Shown here: piece after piece, positions 24,601-37,862 of the stretch
Numbering within the stretch: position 1 is the stretch's first letter
Layout of the letters: every line of letters starts with the position of its first letter
DNA from: Phoronis australis
Lineage: Eukaryota > Animalia > Phoronida
Assembly (NCBI GenBank): GCA_002633005.1
Contig: NMRA01000043.1
Location: 43,573-107,572, forward strand
Length of the DNA stretch: 64,000 bases
Direction of reading: 5' to 3'
The notes under the pieces: model-generated
What the model was told of the DNA's origin: nothing
The model's input: only the letters and a program-made list of their open reading frames with translations
Database searches by the model: none
Translations under genes and position numbers: made by a program

Positions 24601-26769
24601 TCTCGGCAACTCGACGACATGTTGAAAAAACTTGTGGTCGTAATCTACGAAATTCGTAAGATGGTCTTAAAAACTTCCACGAATGTCTGCCAACTTAGGA
24701 ACTCGTAGGGACTGGAAGATCCCGCCAAAACCTAGGGTTAATACGAACTTAGTGACTGTAACTCAATGTAGGATTACGAACGAGTGTTTTGTCGATTTCA
24801 AATTTGTTACAGAATTAAGTCATCGACGAGACTTGGCCGATCGTAAACCAGTCCAAAGCTTTTCTCTCTGATTCCCAAACACTAAAAATTGCAGGTGAAA
24901 AAACACGACGACGTTAACTTTTTTGTCGTTTCTCATTACTTAGTTGCCAAATGACTAAAAATTAATTAGGTCACTGTAAATCATGCAATTAGTCTCGCAA
25001 TGACCGGTACCACAATAGACTTTTACCAACAAGCGCACCAAAACCAACAGCGACGTAAGAAAACTGGAGTTGGCTAACTATTAGCAAACTGACTGTGACT
25101 TGTTTTAATCACTTATTCGGCAATACCGAGGATGAGTGTGGAATTGCTTAAATACCGAAATGCTATGGTGTGGAACTCAACATCAACAATTTAACAATAA
25201 ACGTGTGCATCCTTAAGAACGGGCTACACTCAAACACCCATAGGTATTTTTTTGTTACGATTCGTGGAAAATGTAGGTGAGTCTTTTTACCTGGTGATCG
25301 TGATCACGCCACGACATCAAACTCGGAATTTTCCATTCCTCATTCTTAAAGATGACAATGAACAAGGCGCTTTTTCGCATTGAATTGTATTCTTTGCCAT
25401 GACGTGGATGTTTGGCCGAGATTTTTTCACCGCCGATGATTATCTACAGCATAAAAACCCTGTGTTGGCAGTAGGCGCACACAGCTCAACAACCTCTTGT
25501 TGTGAATACTTCAGCAAGATGAAGCGTTTGGTAAGATCAGATGTCCACTTAACCATATTAGTGAAGATTTTGAGAAAACACGGGTACAGTGCCACCGTTT
25601 ATCTACCGCATTACCTGAAACCACCAACATTTTGTTTTTAAGAAGACATCTTAATGGGCGTAGTTGGTCATTTAATGAAGGCTCCGTTTTTGTTTTTAGA
25701 CAAAAATTATTTTCAAACAGCCTTACTACAAAAAGCTCCACAAGGAGAAACAACATCCCAACTTTCAACATTTAATCCGAGATTTCCGTTACGACCATTT
25801 TCAAAATGTATTGGAAATTTCCTCATTAACTTTACCGAAAAGTCAGATAAGTTTTCAAATTTAGCAAAGTGAGCACAGTGAAAGTTAATTAAAACTGGTC
25901 CACCGTTCTTAGAGTTCATAACGCTTTCATAGAATGTTCACTTGTTTTTGTCGTAGAAAGGAGTCTTGTATTACACTTTTATCCTATAGTTACATGTAGT
26001 CCTGCAGCGGTCCGTGTAGTTTGAGCGACTGAGTTGGATTTAGTGCCTTGTCATTTTCACCATGAAATCGATTGTTTTAAAGACAGATTCCGTCACAATT
26101 TTAGCTCTGTATTGTGTGCAATCTAATTGTGCGTAATTCCTTGCTTACGTTAACAGTTTGTTTCAAGTTCTACCACTCGGTTTATTTCTGATGACGATGA
26201 AAGTTCCATTTGCAGCGTAAAAATATCTTTATTTCGTTTTTATAGCAAATTTCTGCCTTCATTTTTGTGTTTAGTTATTGAGTGATTTGTAAAATGTCAT
26301 ATTTATGTCTCCTGAGAGTTTACAGTTTTACGTTAAAGGGTGAAAGTACACTAGAACACGCAGCTACCTTTATGCATCTTTAACGTAGACAGTTTAAAGA
26401 GAGGCTCGGTGCTTTAATAAGTTGATGTCTATCACATAATAAGTGACTTTTATTCTAACTGCATCATACATGTATGTGTTCTCGTGTAGATTAGACACAG
26501 ACATAATAAAATTCTCTCTCTTTAGCAAGACTGGAGGTCGAACTTCCCGCAAGCCGCTTACCTAGAAATAAAATAGAGCATCACAGAATTTTTTAATGAG
26601 TAAGCTAGTTTTTCCAATCTAAGTTGCTTCTCAAAATCAAGTGTTGAAGAGTACTGCCGTATTCATGAAAACTCAAGTTTGTCATCTTTGTTACCGTCAG
26701 CATTGGTTTTCAAGTGGGTCGCACAAACGAAATCACCTGCAATTAACGAGACACAAGCCCAAACCACTG

Positions 26770-27030
26770 CAGTGGCGGATTTAGGGGGTGGCAAGGGGGC
26801 CATGTTCCCCCCTAAAATCTCCCAGATTCTATTTGGCAGTTCGGGGTGCGAATTGCTGACTAGCATATGCGCGCACTCAGGGAGACTCGGGGGGCGAATG
26901 CACAATGCATAGGCCTTGAACAAACCCGTTTTCTTTGTTTTTTTTAATAATAAGATGGGCGCGCGCATGAGGCGAAATTCTGGTTATTCCTGTGCTCTGC
27001 CCCCCACTCAAAATTCTGGATCCGCCCCTG
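26770..27030. mobile_element. MITE, CAGTGGCGGAT-end family, 5-bp TSD
   Basis: cagtggcggattta ... tggatccgcccctg flanked by cactg on both sides (26765-26769, 27031-27035). Confidence 0.85.
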
Positions 27031-27139
27031 CACTGTCCAACCCATTAGCTCATTTGTTAATAAATGCTTGATGTAAACTGCGGTTAACCCTACATGTATC
27101 TGAACATTCATTTAAGTAATATCAGTTCCCTATATTTAG

Positions 27140-27474
27140 GTTGTAGCATGTGTGTTCCTCGCCGTGTTTGGGACGCTGGTGTTTGCCGTGGATGACAACC
27201 TCGAGGAAGAAATCGAGTACTCGGACGACAACTCCGTCGACGAAAAAGAGCTTGCAGATGACAACCCTATTGAGGAAAAAGAATTCACGGACGAAGCCGA
27301 CGGTGATAAAGCGGAACAGGAAGTGGACGAAAAAGAAGAGGAGTCTGATTTGGAGGTGGAATCTAAAGGCATTTTTCGCTGCCGCTCGAGAAGGATTGTT
27401 ATTCGGAGGTTCAACCACTACACAATTCTCGGCAGACCTGTCCTTGGTAGAATTTGCTATCGTCGTTTAAATGG
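27140..27474 (+). CDS. Internal exon of secreted precursor: signal-peptide core, acidic pro-piece and start of Arg-rich Cys domain
   Basis: tttag|VVACVFLAVFGTLVFA-VDDNLEEE...ESK-GIFRCRSRR...RICYRRLNG; phase-2 donor GG|gtaagt at 27475; ATG exon not resolved. Confidence 0.8.
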
Positions 27475-29497
27475 GTAAGTACATGTATGTTGGTAATTAC
27501 GTTATTGTATTCCCTTTCGTCATGTTCATATTGCATTTTTATGTAAGGATGAAAATCATAACAAGTGCGTAGAATAAAATTGCCTTTTCTGTAGATTTAA
27601 AAGTGTATGTATGCAACTCTAGCATTTCACGAAAACTTTAAAACAAATCCTTTTAGAATAGCAATATGAGGCAGTGGTGTAGATGAGAGTACATAAATTA
27701 ATAAGTCCACGAATCAAAGATTAGATACATGTAGATTTGAAATAAACTCCAGGGCCTGCCTAAGCAAAGGTCGAAGGCCAAGGTTCATGCCTCTGTATCA
27801 CTCAACTCTGAAAAATGGGCCTAATGGCAAGTAATCACCGCACATGGTATTCAGTAGCTCTTTGAAGTCGTTTTGAGTGGATCCCACCCATCTGGCTTCT
27901 GTTATTTTACCCTGATCAGGAAACCCCCTTATCTTCGAAAGCACTTCCTTTCCAGGCGGAATTTTTTCATTCAAATAAACATAACCTTCAGAAAATGGGA
28001 ATTGCAAAAACTATGGTTCGCAACGACATAGTTCAGTCGAAATTTCTCGACTTTAGAGGTCACGAGCCTTCGAAGTCGTGTATCCTCTCTGGGACCGAGG
28101 CAATCGTGAATTTGTGACTTTGTGAAGGACATTTCAATCCATTTTTGGTTAATTAAGCACCTGCAAATTTGTTCAGAGGGGAATTTAAAGCAATGGCTTA
28201 GCTGAATTTCTTCCTTCGTGAGAAACCCACTGAGTGCGCTTTCTGCAACGTATGTATTTTTGTCATGTTTTCTGAGAAAGAGCGATAGCAAGGGCTTTTG
28301 TTGGACGAGTTTGTGACTTGGAGGAGACCAACCAATAAAACTGTGGCCTTAGCCCAAGAGTTTAAACATTAAAATAGAAACGTTAGTAAAATGAGGAGTA
28401 ACAAAGAAATGGTTAATGGAGTTAGCACCTCGTTTTAGTTCTCCGTGTGAATTAAGCAGTCAACTGAAATGTCCCTCCTTTTCTGCTCTTCGTGTCGCAT
28501 AGACTATTTCCAACGACGTCAACACCGGGATCCATCAGGCGACACGCAATTGAAAGATTTTGCTTTGAAATGCCTAGTTTTTGCACACCAAGCAATATAC
28601 GAAAAAGACCGCTGATTTTTTTTTACAAAAATGCCTTGTTTTGCTAGCTAATTTGGCATAAAACCTGTATTAAGTAAGTTATCAGAAACTACTCACAGCG
28701 TTTTTGAGACTTAACATAAGGTTTTCATTCAAAAAAGATTTAGTAAAATCAGCTGGGGGCTATTTTTGTTATAAATGTGCCTTTCTTGCACATGAAAACT
28801 TGACTTAAACAGGTGGACAATAATAAAGGCACCGTAGTATAAAGCATAATTTTAGAATTCTCGATCACTTTTCTTTCAGAAAACACGCACTATTAATGGT
28901 TGACAAAACATTGGTTCATTTGAGCTCCAATAGTGCATTTTGACGCGTATCTGTTTACTAGACATGTTTACTTACCTGAGTTACATGACTGGAATAGAGT
29001 GAACATTTGCCTTGAGAATGGTTTAGTAACAATAAAACAAACAATTAATAGCGTCCATTTTTTACATGTGCTGATTTTGAAGTTCGTACTCATATTTTGG
29101 TCTACCAAAAATCTGATAGATAACAGGTCGTTTACTTGTAATTTTATTAGCGGTTACAGGTATGTGGACAGTGATAATGTTAACCACAATACTACTGATG
29201 GTTGCTACTGTATATACGATTTGCGTTTCTTGCAATAAACGAAAATTTCAGAGGAACGAAGCATCAGCGTGTCATGCAACAAAAAATGTAGACCGTTATC
29301 CCTCAGGCGTACATGTATCAGATCACGTGGCGATGTGTGAAGGAAAACAGTTTTTAGTTTACGGTAATAGTGTAAACGCGGTTAATCTCTGCAATCCAAG
29401 ACACGGCACTGAGCGTGACACGTGTTATGTCTAAATTGTTCGTCAACCGGGATAACAAATACATCATGAGTATAGCTCATTTTTTCTATCTTTACAG

Positions 29498-29648
29498 CAA
29501 ACGGTGTGGAGGCCACCCAAGGTACCGTTGCCGCACTCGCAGAAACGGGTTCGCCATCAGACGTGTACGATGCCTGAGAAAACGTCGGAGATCCATTACG
29601 GCGATAATCCCAGTCCCGGTTGGCTGTATGTGCGCAAGATACTTCTAA
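29498..29648 (+). CDS. Terminal exon of the same gene: C-terminal half of cationic cystine-knot-like domain
   Basis: Acceptor ttttttctatctttacag| in matching phase 2; KRCGGHPRYRC...VRC...IPVPVGCMCARYF*; AATAAA at 29753. Confidence 0.8.
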
Positions 29649-31576
29649 ATGCTAAGGGATTTGAATTATGAGGATCGCTATGGCTTGCTTCAGATCGCTG
29701 TCATGTCAATAGGTTTAATTTACAGTTTGATGTACTGAGATTAAAGAGAAGCAATAAAATTTAAAAATAAAGCAAAATAAGCGCACTATAGATGTTTTAA
29801 GAATACATCGGATGAGTTACGTAATTTTTCGCACGAAATAGTCGAGACATTTGACTCGTCGACAAAAACACTGTGAACTAGAAAATACAAAGACAATTAG
29901 CCAATGCAATGTTTCCATTTGCCTTGGTTTGTTGTTACATGACGTCATTTATGTTAAACGTCAAATGACAAGATTTTTAGAGACACCAAAATCCTCAATA
30001 TCAGTCTGATACAGTAGAGTCACATCTGCTTTGTTTTGCTTCCGCTTAATCAACGCTGAACTGCTCAAGGTAGATCACAATTCTCATGTAAATTATTGCC
30101 ATTATCACAAAAAGCTGACACCAAACAACGATAGACGGAGTCAAGAAACGCTGACAGCAGACGAACGTTTTGCTGAAAATAGCATCGATTGTGGGTTTCA
30201 GTTTTCTTGAGATATCATAGTTCTGAGCATAAATGTATACTGCATATTATGGCAAAACGTTTTTCGCTTGATTTGAAACGGGTTTTGGCAGAGTTTTGAT
30301 GGGGACGTTATCGATGTAATTCACCTATTTCTGAACACCCACATCAAAGACAGCAGCCCTTTCACCGTGTCCATGCGTACGAATTTTCATCGGTAAATTT
30401 CTTGCCCCTAGTTTTCGGAACTTGCACATGAGAATTTTTTCCATCAAAACAGTGCACACGATCCCTGAATTACAGCTGTACCGTGAATGCATTTGTGATC
30501 TACTTTTCTGTGTTACACTACATGTACATGTATGTATTTCATGGCAATTCTCATGGCGTTACACAAACTCTATGGAATAATGTTATCACTGTATGAACTG
30601 CGGGTTCGGTGCTTCACATAATGTCGCAGTAACTCGTGTACAGACACACCCATCAATACTTGCATGAAAACACAAACGTTAAACATCACAAAACAGCCAA
30701 CAACCTTAAGTTTTGTTGTTGGCTATCCCTTATTTTACGATTTTAGTCTATTTTAACTATTTGGATTAGAAAATAGGAGGCACTTTGCGAGCCATCGCAC
30801 AATGTTGAATATTTTCAACAAACGCGTATATTTTAAATATACGTGTTGGACGATTTAAAAATCGTCAAAATTAATATTTAGGTTTGACACTTGAACTAAA
30901 CAAAAATCGTGGGCAGCATGCTTGTTTCCAGAGATGAAAATGAGACCACAGTTGACAATAGTTTTTTTTATGACTAGAGTCTAGTGGTACAACACAATGT
31001 AAGAGAATAGTTAAATAAAGGCACATGGATAACATCAGCCCATGGTAGCCGAGAGCAGTTCAAATTCAAGACCCATGGGTGATAAGCCAATATAGAGGCT
31101 GCTAATAACTATAACCTACGCATAAGAAATTAGGGACCAGGCCAAAAGTAAAAAGGTGGTATATGGTAGAAGAGGCCATTTACTCACATAAATGTATTGA
31201 ACGAAAGAAACACCATTTATGTTCGACACTTGGACTGAACAAAAATCATGCTTCGCAACTTGTTTCCAGTGATGAAAAGGAGACCACAGGTTGGCGAAAA
31301 TACATGTACAGTGTAGCTTCATTTATTACCGGCAGATTATCAGGCGTCAAGTGAAAGCACGTGGTCTGAGAGGGAACTAAAGGGAACATTGACGGGTATC
31401 GAACGGATTTAGAGGGATTAATTCGACGCTACTCTCTGGAAATTACCGAATGCCCAAAGGGCCGCGCTGCAAATTGAGGGTGTTACAGCTGTCTTTGACA
31501 CGCTACTGTGCGAAGCTCATATATGGCTATTTGACTAAATTGGCAATGCATTCCACCCGGTAGCTACTGGCTGCAA

Positions 31577-32413
31577 GCGATCGTTCCTCGACCACAACAT
31601 CCCAGGATCCCTTCGACTTACAACTCCCTGGGCCCACAACCCTCTCGACCCACCACCTTACGCTTCTTACACAATTCAGAATCATATTACGTCGCTGTAT
31701 GACTGTCCCATAAGACTTTCCAACACGAGGATCTGCTCTAGCTCAAGAATTGTGGTTAAAGACGGAAAGTAGCGTAAGAACATATGACATGAATTAGCGA
31801 TTTGTGAGCGTGTTGTCGTTGTCACGGAAATAGTTCCACGAGCGGCTAAGAATGACTCTGTTCAATTAAACTTAGGGACATGGTACGTCAACGTGAATGG
31901 ACACAATTTCACAATTTTATTATTTGCTTACCGTTCCATACTCGTTTACAATATACTCCACATAAAGTTTATGCAATATTTTAGTTAACATTTTTATTTC
32001 AAACTTTATTTACTGAAGAAATTACATATTCGCCGGTTCCTCGAACGCTCCCAAAAACTTTAAATCTGCCATTCACTGAAGAGCAGACGAGACACTTTGC
32101 CGAGAACGACAGTTATACAGTAGGTATGTCTTTTGTTTTGTTGGCGTTGTTTCTTTTTCTGATTTTGACTTTCAAACTTGATGATTTGACGCTCTTAATT
32201 TGCAAAAAACAGGGAAAAAGCCAGCCGAGCTCACGAGCAGATTAGTTGAACCTGCAGGTCAGCGCTAACTCTACGTTCAGATGAATTGAGTTTTTATGTA
32301 GAATGAGTCGAGGGGTTGTGCGCTGTGGGTCGAGGAGGCCCTGGGTCGAGGGGGTGGTGAGGTGTGGGGTTTGAGGGGGGTAAGGGGTCGTGGGGTTTTT
32401 AGAACAATCTCGC
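31577..32413. mobile_element. Putative foldback/MITE with inverted subterminal repeat arrays
   Basis: C-rich cctcgacc/cttcgac motifs at 31589-31660 mirrored by G-rich ggtcgagg motifs at 32305-32400. Confidence 0.45.
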
Positions 32414-33920
32414 TTTTAAGCTCCCCTCTCTGCCCAATCGTGACTCCTGGTAGTCTCGAATGTGGTACAGCAAGTCAGTAGACCGACCCTAATTCACCAT
32501 GACGTTTCCTCTGGCATGAGGTTCCGTGTCAAGGTTCCTCATCTAGAATTGCAAACGCGTAAAGCATCAGTTAGGATCAGTTAAGGGAGTTATCATTCCG
32601 CTGACTGGCCGAGACACTTTTAAATTATTGCTTGTCTGTTGAAAATGCTCTTTGGTCACGATGTTCATACGCAACTTAGAACCCGTTTAAAAACTACCCG
32701 GGTTTATTTTTCAGCGCTAAAAATTACCCTTGACGTCATTTGCACAGGGTACAAAATTAATGTTACTCCCGTACCACTCTGCTATTGCACAGATTTGCTT
32801 ACCGTAGAACTGCCTGTTGGCCATTTAAGTATCGTAAAAATGTCCATTGTCTCTTCAATATTTTCAAATGGTTCTGCGGGTCCTATGAAAATTGACACAA
32901 AATCAAATAGCCGGGCGTCCGGGAAGGTAGCTCAAGTGGACTTTTGAGTGTAATTGAATGTTACAGCACGCCCTGGTGACCTCATTCATAATAACAGAGC
33001 TTTTAATGTTCTTTGATTATTTTGAACATCACAGTCACCGATTAGAAAAATGAAGTATTGGTATAAGTAGTAAGACATTACCGGGCCGGGCAAGGTCAAC
33101 TATTTTGCCTCATTTGAACGTGCTTTCAAATGTATCTTCAAACATTCAGATTTGCATGAGACCTAATGCTGTGATTTGAAGATGAAGTCTTCGCCTGCAA
33201 AATCACACTTCGGACTCAGCATATTGCATGTTAGTGCCACTGGGGTGGGTTGTTTTACCCCTACAACAGTCAACGCTTTTTGATATGTGACGCACACTCC
33301 TAGAGTCTATCGGATGAGTGTAAAATGTAACGTCGTGAATACAAAAAAAGCACCGAGATTGGAGAACATAAAGTAATATCTCACGAGACATTAATCCGCG
33401 GAATAATGTGTAGTGGGAAATATTAGGTTATCCCACATATACAGGAATACTACTGCCATATCCTGTCGAGAATTCATTTCATCTGGTAATGTCCCAACGA
33501 GACCGCAGTTCGAAATGGGACATTCCTTAGGTGAAATGAATTCGACTCACCAACGACTGAATTGTGGCACGTTTGTCTCATTTTTGTAAATTTTTGTGAA
33601 TGTTTTGCACTGTATCTTATCTGTCGATCGTGTCCTCTACCTGACATTGAATTACACGTGTTACGTAATAACAACCACACCTAGTTCCACGCCGGTGACA
33701 CGAGGAATAAACTTATATATGTCGATGCCTAGTCCTAAAAAACGCCGGGGTGTCGAAGGACGTAAGCAACAGAGGGACTTACGACCTGGTTAATGAAAAG
33801 TTTTAGAAGCTTACTTCTGTAATCGAGTCTTTACGGATCCAACACATTCAAGGTTCTAAATAGTCTCAACTGGAGCAAACTACCAACTCGCAGTAAACTC
33901 CACCTGTTCATGTACATGTA

Positions 33921-35915
33921 GCATTGGAGTACTATCACGTTCCGGAGCATATCTGTCGCATGTTAACAGATTATTTTCGAGGAATCTAGTTGAAGTTTAC
34001 TGCTGGTGCCATCACTACAGACTGGATCAAGCTGGAAAGAGGGATAATAACTGGATGTAACACTCTCCTACTCTGTTCATCATGGTGATGAATTTTCCTA
34101 AAAAGGCCGAAGAAAGGGAATGTAGGGATTCGAGGCTACAGTCGGGTATCGTGATACATGTAATGAGAGCATTTACGGACGGCTTGATAATAATTGCGGT
34201 GATGCGTGTGCAAGCTCGGTGGGTGTTGGCAGCACTAGATGACGTTGCAATATGGGCTCGTATGAAGTTCAAGTCGAGACTCCTGATGATGAGAGGCGGG
34301 AAAGTAGTCAACAGATTCACCTTGACCATTCAAGGCGAATAAAGTCCATCAATTGTTAACAACCCCATCAAGTGCCTAGGCAAATGATGATCTCCTGTGC
34401 GACAAGAACAACACCAAGCAGATGGAGACTCAGGTCAAAGAGTGGCTGAAGAAGATAGAGAAAAGCGGTCTTCCTGGCAAGTACAAGGCGTGGATTTACC
34501 AGCAAGGCCTGTTGCCTCGTGCAACATGGGGTCTTATGCTGTACGGCATCGCGATATCTGCAGTGGAGTGCCTTGAGAGAGCAGTAACCAAGTGGCTGGG
34601 AGTCCCAAGAAGCTTCACAGAGATTGGTCTTTACAGCACAACTGCAGAGCTTCAGCTGCCACTAGCGTCAATTACGGAGCAGTTTAAAGTAGGAAAGTGC
34701 AGGCTGGTACCAACAATACGCGACTCTAGAAATTCGAAGGTGAGGGAGGCAGGTGTCATAACGAGATCAAGGAGACGGTGGTGAGCGGGCACATCTGTGA
34801 GCCAGGCGGAGAGCTTGTTACAGAACAGAGATACAATTGGTAGCACCAGCGTAAGACGTTAGGGGTTGGGGACATCCAAGTTCCAACAGTGGGAGAAGGC
34901 GAATGAGAGGCATCGGAGGGAGATGGTCCAAGCTGAGGTGAGAGCATCAGAAGAGGAAGTCCGGAAAGCTAAGGCAGTCCAACTGAGCCAGCAGGGAACA
35001 TGGACCAGGTGGAATCTTCCAGAGAGGAAGATATCGTGTGGAGACATGTGGAGGATGGACCCATTGCGTATTCAGTTTCTACTCTGCTCGGCTTACAACG
35101 TGTTACCATCGCCTGCGAACCTTCTACGTTGGGGCCTAGTGTATAACCCAGCCTGCCAGTTGTGTGGAGGAACAGGTACACTGGCCCACATCTTATCAGG
35201 GTGCAAGATGACACTTCAGCAGGGCCGATACAGATGGCGTCACAACCAAGTACTGAAGACCCTAGCAGACATCATAGATGGAGAGCGTAAGGCAAGAGCA
35301 ATACAGCCTAAGGCAAGTAGCCACGTACAGTTCGTTAGGGCAGGTGAGATACGGAAGAAGTCACGTCAGCAGCCTTGCATTCTACATGGAATAAGCTGGG
35401 AAATGAGAGTAGATCTTGGAATTAGAAAGCTTGTGATCCCGAGTATTGTTGAAACATCACTGCGGCCTGACGTCATTCTGTGGTTGGATATTCGTCAACG
35501 TATTGTGATTATAGAGCTCACAGTCCCTTGGGGGGAAGTATACGAAGAAGCCCATGAGAGGAAGTTATCTAAGTACAGCGAGCTGGCGGAGACATGCAGA
35601 GCTCGAGGCTGGCGGACTTGGTTGTTTCCTTTAGAGGTGGAATGTAGATGATTCCCTCCAAGATCTGTACGGTGATTGCTGGAGAAGCTCGGTGTCCGAG
35701 AGGGAGGAAGAAAGCTGCTGCAGTGAGAAGACTGGGTGAGACAGCTGAGAAGACATCTTGTTGGCTGCGGTAACGTCAGAATGAAGGAAGTTGGAGGCCC
35801 CCGTAATGCACAGTGGGTTGGCCGTCTCTGTGAATTCACCAGTGGAGACCGTTATGGTTCAGGCTCGAAACCAGTCAAGGAATCTGGAGGCCATCTGACG
35901 ACATCAAGCCAGGCT
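33921..35915 (+). mobile_element. 5'-truncated, decayed RLE-type non-LTR retrotransposon (Hero/NeSL-like)
   Basis: RT remnants (LERGIITGC, RAFTDG, LPGKYKAWIYQ); zinc knuckle CQLC...AHILSGC; RYRWRHNQVL; restriction-like endonuclease RPDVILW...IELTVPW...ERKLSKY. Confidence 0.9.
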
Positions 35916-37796
35916 TTTAACTACAAGTTAATGTATGACGGGTAAAAGAAGATCTTGGTTCAGCTGTTACTACTGAAGAGGGGGCGACAAGACGTCAGAC
36001 TGCATAGCAGCCTGCCAACTATTGAGGCAGATAACATCACTGTAAGCAAACATATCGTATTGTGGCCTTAAATCCATGGTTAACTTTTAAGTTATTATTG
36101 AAGGTGTTGGAAACGGATTTGTGTATCACGAACCCAATCATCGTGCAATGCCGCTATCAGTTCCTAATCAAAGCTGATAGCGAAATCTCTTGACTAAAAT
36201 TTAAAGCGTTCCACATTTCAGTAATTTGCTGGTTATGGTTCACGATTCAGAACACAAAACTGTGGTTCAACCAGCTTGCAACTAGGTTGATTCAGTTCAC
36301 AAAATTCAAAACGGTCGCAACTGAGCACAAGTGCACGAGGTTTAGATAAAATGATAAAGGAATTCTCAATGCTTGTTTTTGGATAGTTTTTACAAAATGG
36401 CTCGTTCCCTTCGAGGGCGTCAGTGTCGAGGTAACCTGTTGCGTTTAGGGTCGTTTTATTTAATTTCAGTGAAACATGGTGTTCGAACTTCAGCAAATCG
36501 GTGTACTTGCCCAATTTTCATTTTTCACACTTCCTAATTAAGGTACCGCAAACTAATGAGAATCTGCCACTTTCACGTTTTTTATTGATTCAAATAGTAG
36601 AACATCTTCATTTCTGTAGAGAGGATAAAACACTTGTGTGGATGTTTGGCTACTGCAGCGTAATACAGACTCGCTCATTCTCAACGTAGCTAACCATAAA
36701 CAGCGTCGTATTTTCAGTAAGGTTTCTATGCAGGAAGGGATTCTTCCAATTTTTTAAGAGTTGCGCAAACAAAGCTCTTCGTAGCGTTAAGCAGCGAAAA
36801 CCAGACATCAAACAACGGGGATCTTCATAATTCCTATTGTGTACCTTCATTTCCGCTTCGTAACGCTGCAAAGAACTTCGCTTTTGTGACTCTACTCTTG
36901 TTCAGTAGACCAACTGCTGTATGCGATGCGACATAACGTACACAGTATTCGACCAAGCTGCACTGAGAAATGGAAATTGTGCCGTGTAGATGTTGTTTAT
37001 CTTTATAACTAGACTGTAACTGAATTTACTTTGTAGTAAGCACTTGTGCATGAATTCCGTATGACAACCCACTTTCAATGAAAACTAGTCCAAATCCCTC
37101 AGAAATATCACTGTGATGTTTTACGAATGTAGGGGCCTGTCCAACATAGAATTGTTGCGCTTTTTGTATGAGCGTTACCAGTTATTCTAATGACTCGGTG
37201 ACCGCAGGTATAGCCGATTAGTCCCCAGTTCTCAAAAAAATGTTTTCCTCCAGAGTTCAACATAACACAATTTAAGAATTTACACATCGTTGTGGAAGGA
37301 GCCCCAGTTCTTTGAAATCGATAGGAATGTTTTCAATATGGGACAAAATGATATCACGGTGGGTATCCTCACGTTTAGATGTACATGTAAGTCGCAAGTA
37401 AACTTTTCCAGTCTGAAATCAGTTCTTCGTAACAAACTACAGAAGGATATAGTTATAGTTACAAACAGTATCGTGCTTGTGGATAGTTCAGAAATAATTG
37501 ATTTTTGAAGTTGGTGTATGCGTAAACAAGATTTAAAATCTCAACCTCCTCGTTTCCAAAAGTAGGCCTACTATGCATCCACAGCTGTCAAGACGTTTCT
37601 CACAATATCCCAATGGTTGCATCTAGGGACCCCCTTGAAACACTTTTGAAACAGCACTCGCTGTCCATTATGGGAAGCCCGGTGAAAGAGTTGAACCATA
37701 AATCAGGTGATGTTAAAATCTTTAAAGACCATGGTGTATTAGCAATTTGCTAAATATGCATTGTGTACATTGCACAGTGTCCTCGTTAAATAAATT

Positions 37797-37862
37797 CAAC
37801 AATCACAATAATAACAACAACAAGAACAACAATATTAGCCATAGTAATAATGATAATGATAA
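37797..37862. repeat. Imperfect (AAC/AAT)n microsatellite
   Basis: aacaatcacaataataacaacaacaagaacaacaat...aataatgataatgat. Confidence 0.7.

Noticed and set aside
17526-26601. Candidate first coding exons for the cationic knot gene: ATG...CAGAAG|gtatg at 17526-17564 (phase 0), ATGTAG|gtgagt at 25271, ATGA|gtaagc at 26596 (needs the alternative acceptor at 27146)
   Set aside because: None can be chosen without transcript data; one contains a stop codon and one is 9.6 kb away
27122-27470. Overlapping ORFs in other frames and on the minus strand
   Set aside because: Shadows of the low-complexity acidic exon
29162-29434. ORF with hydrophobic N-terminus (MWTVIMLTTILL...)
   Set aside because: Lies in the intron of the knot gene, has no domain signal, and is probably a chance ORF
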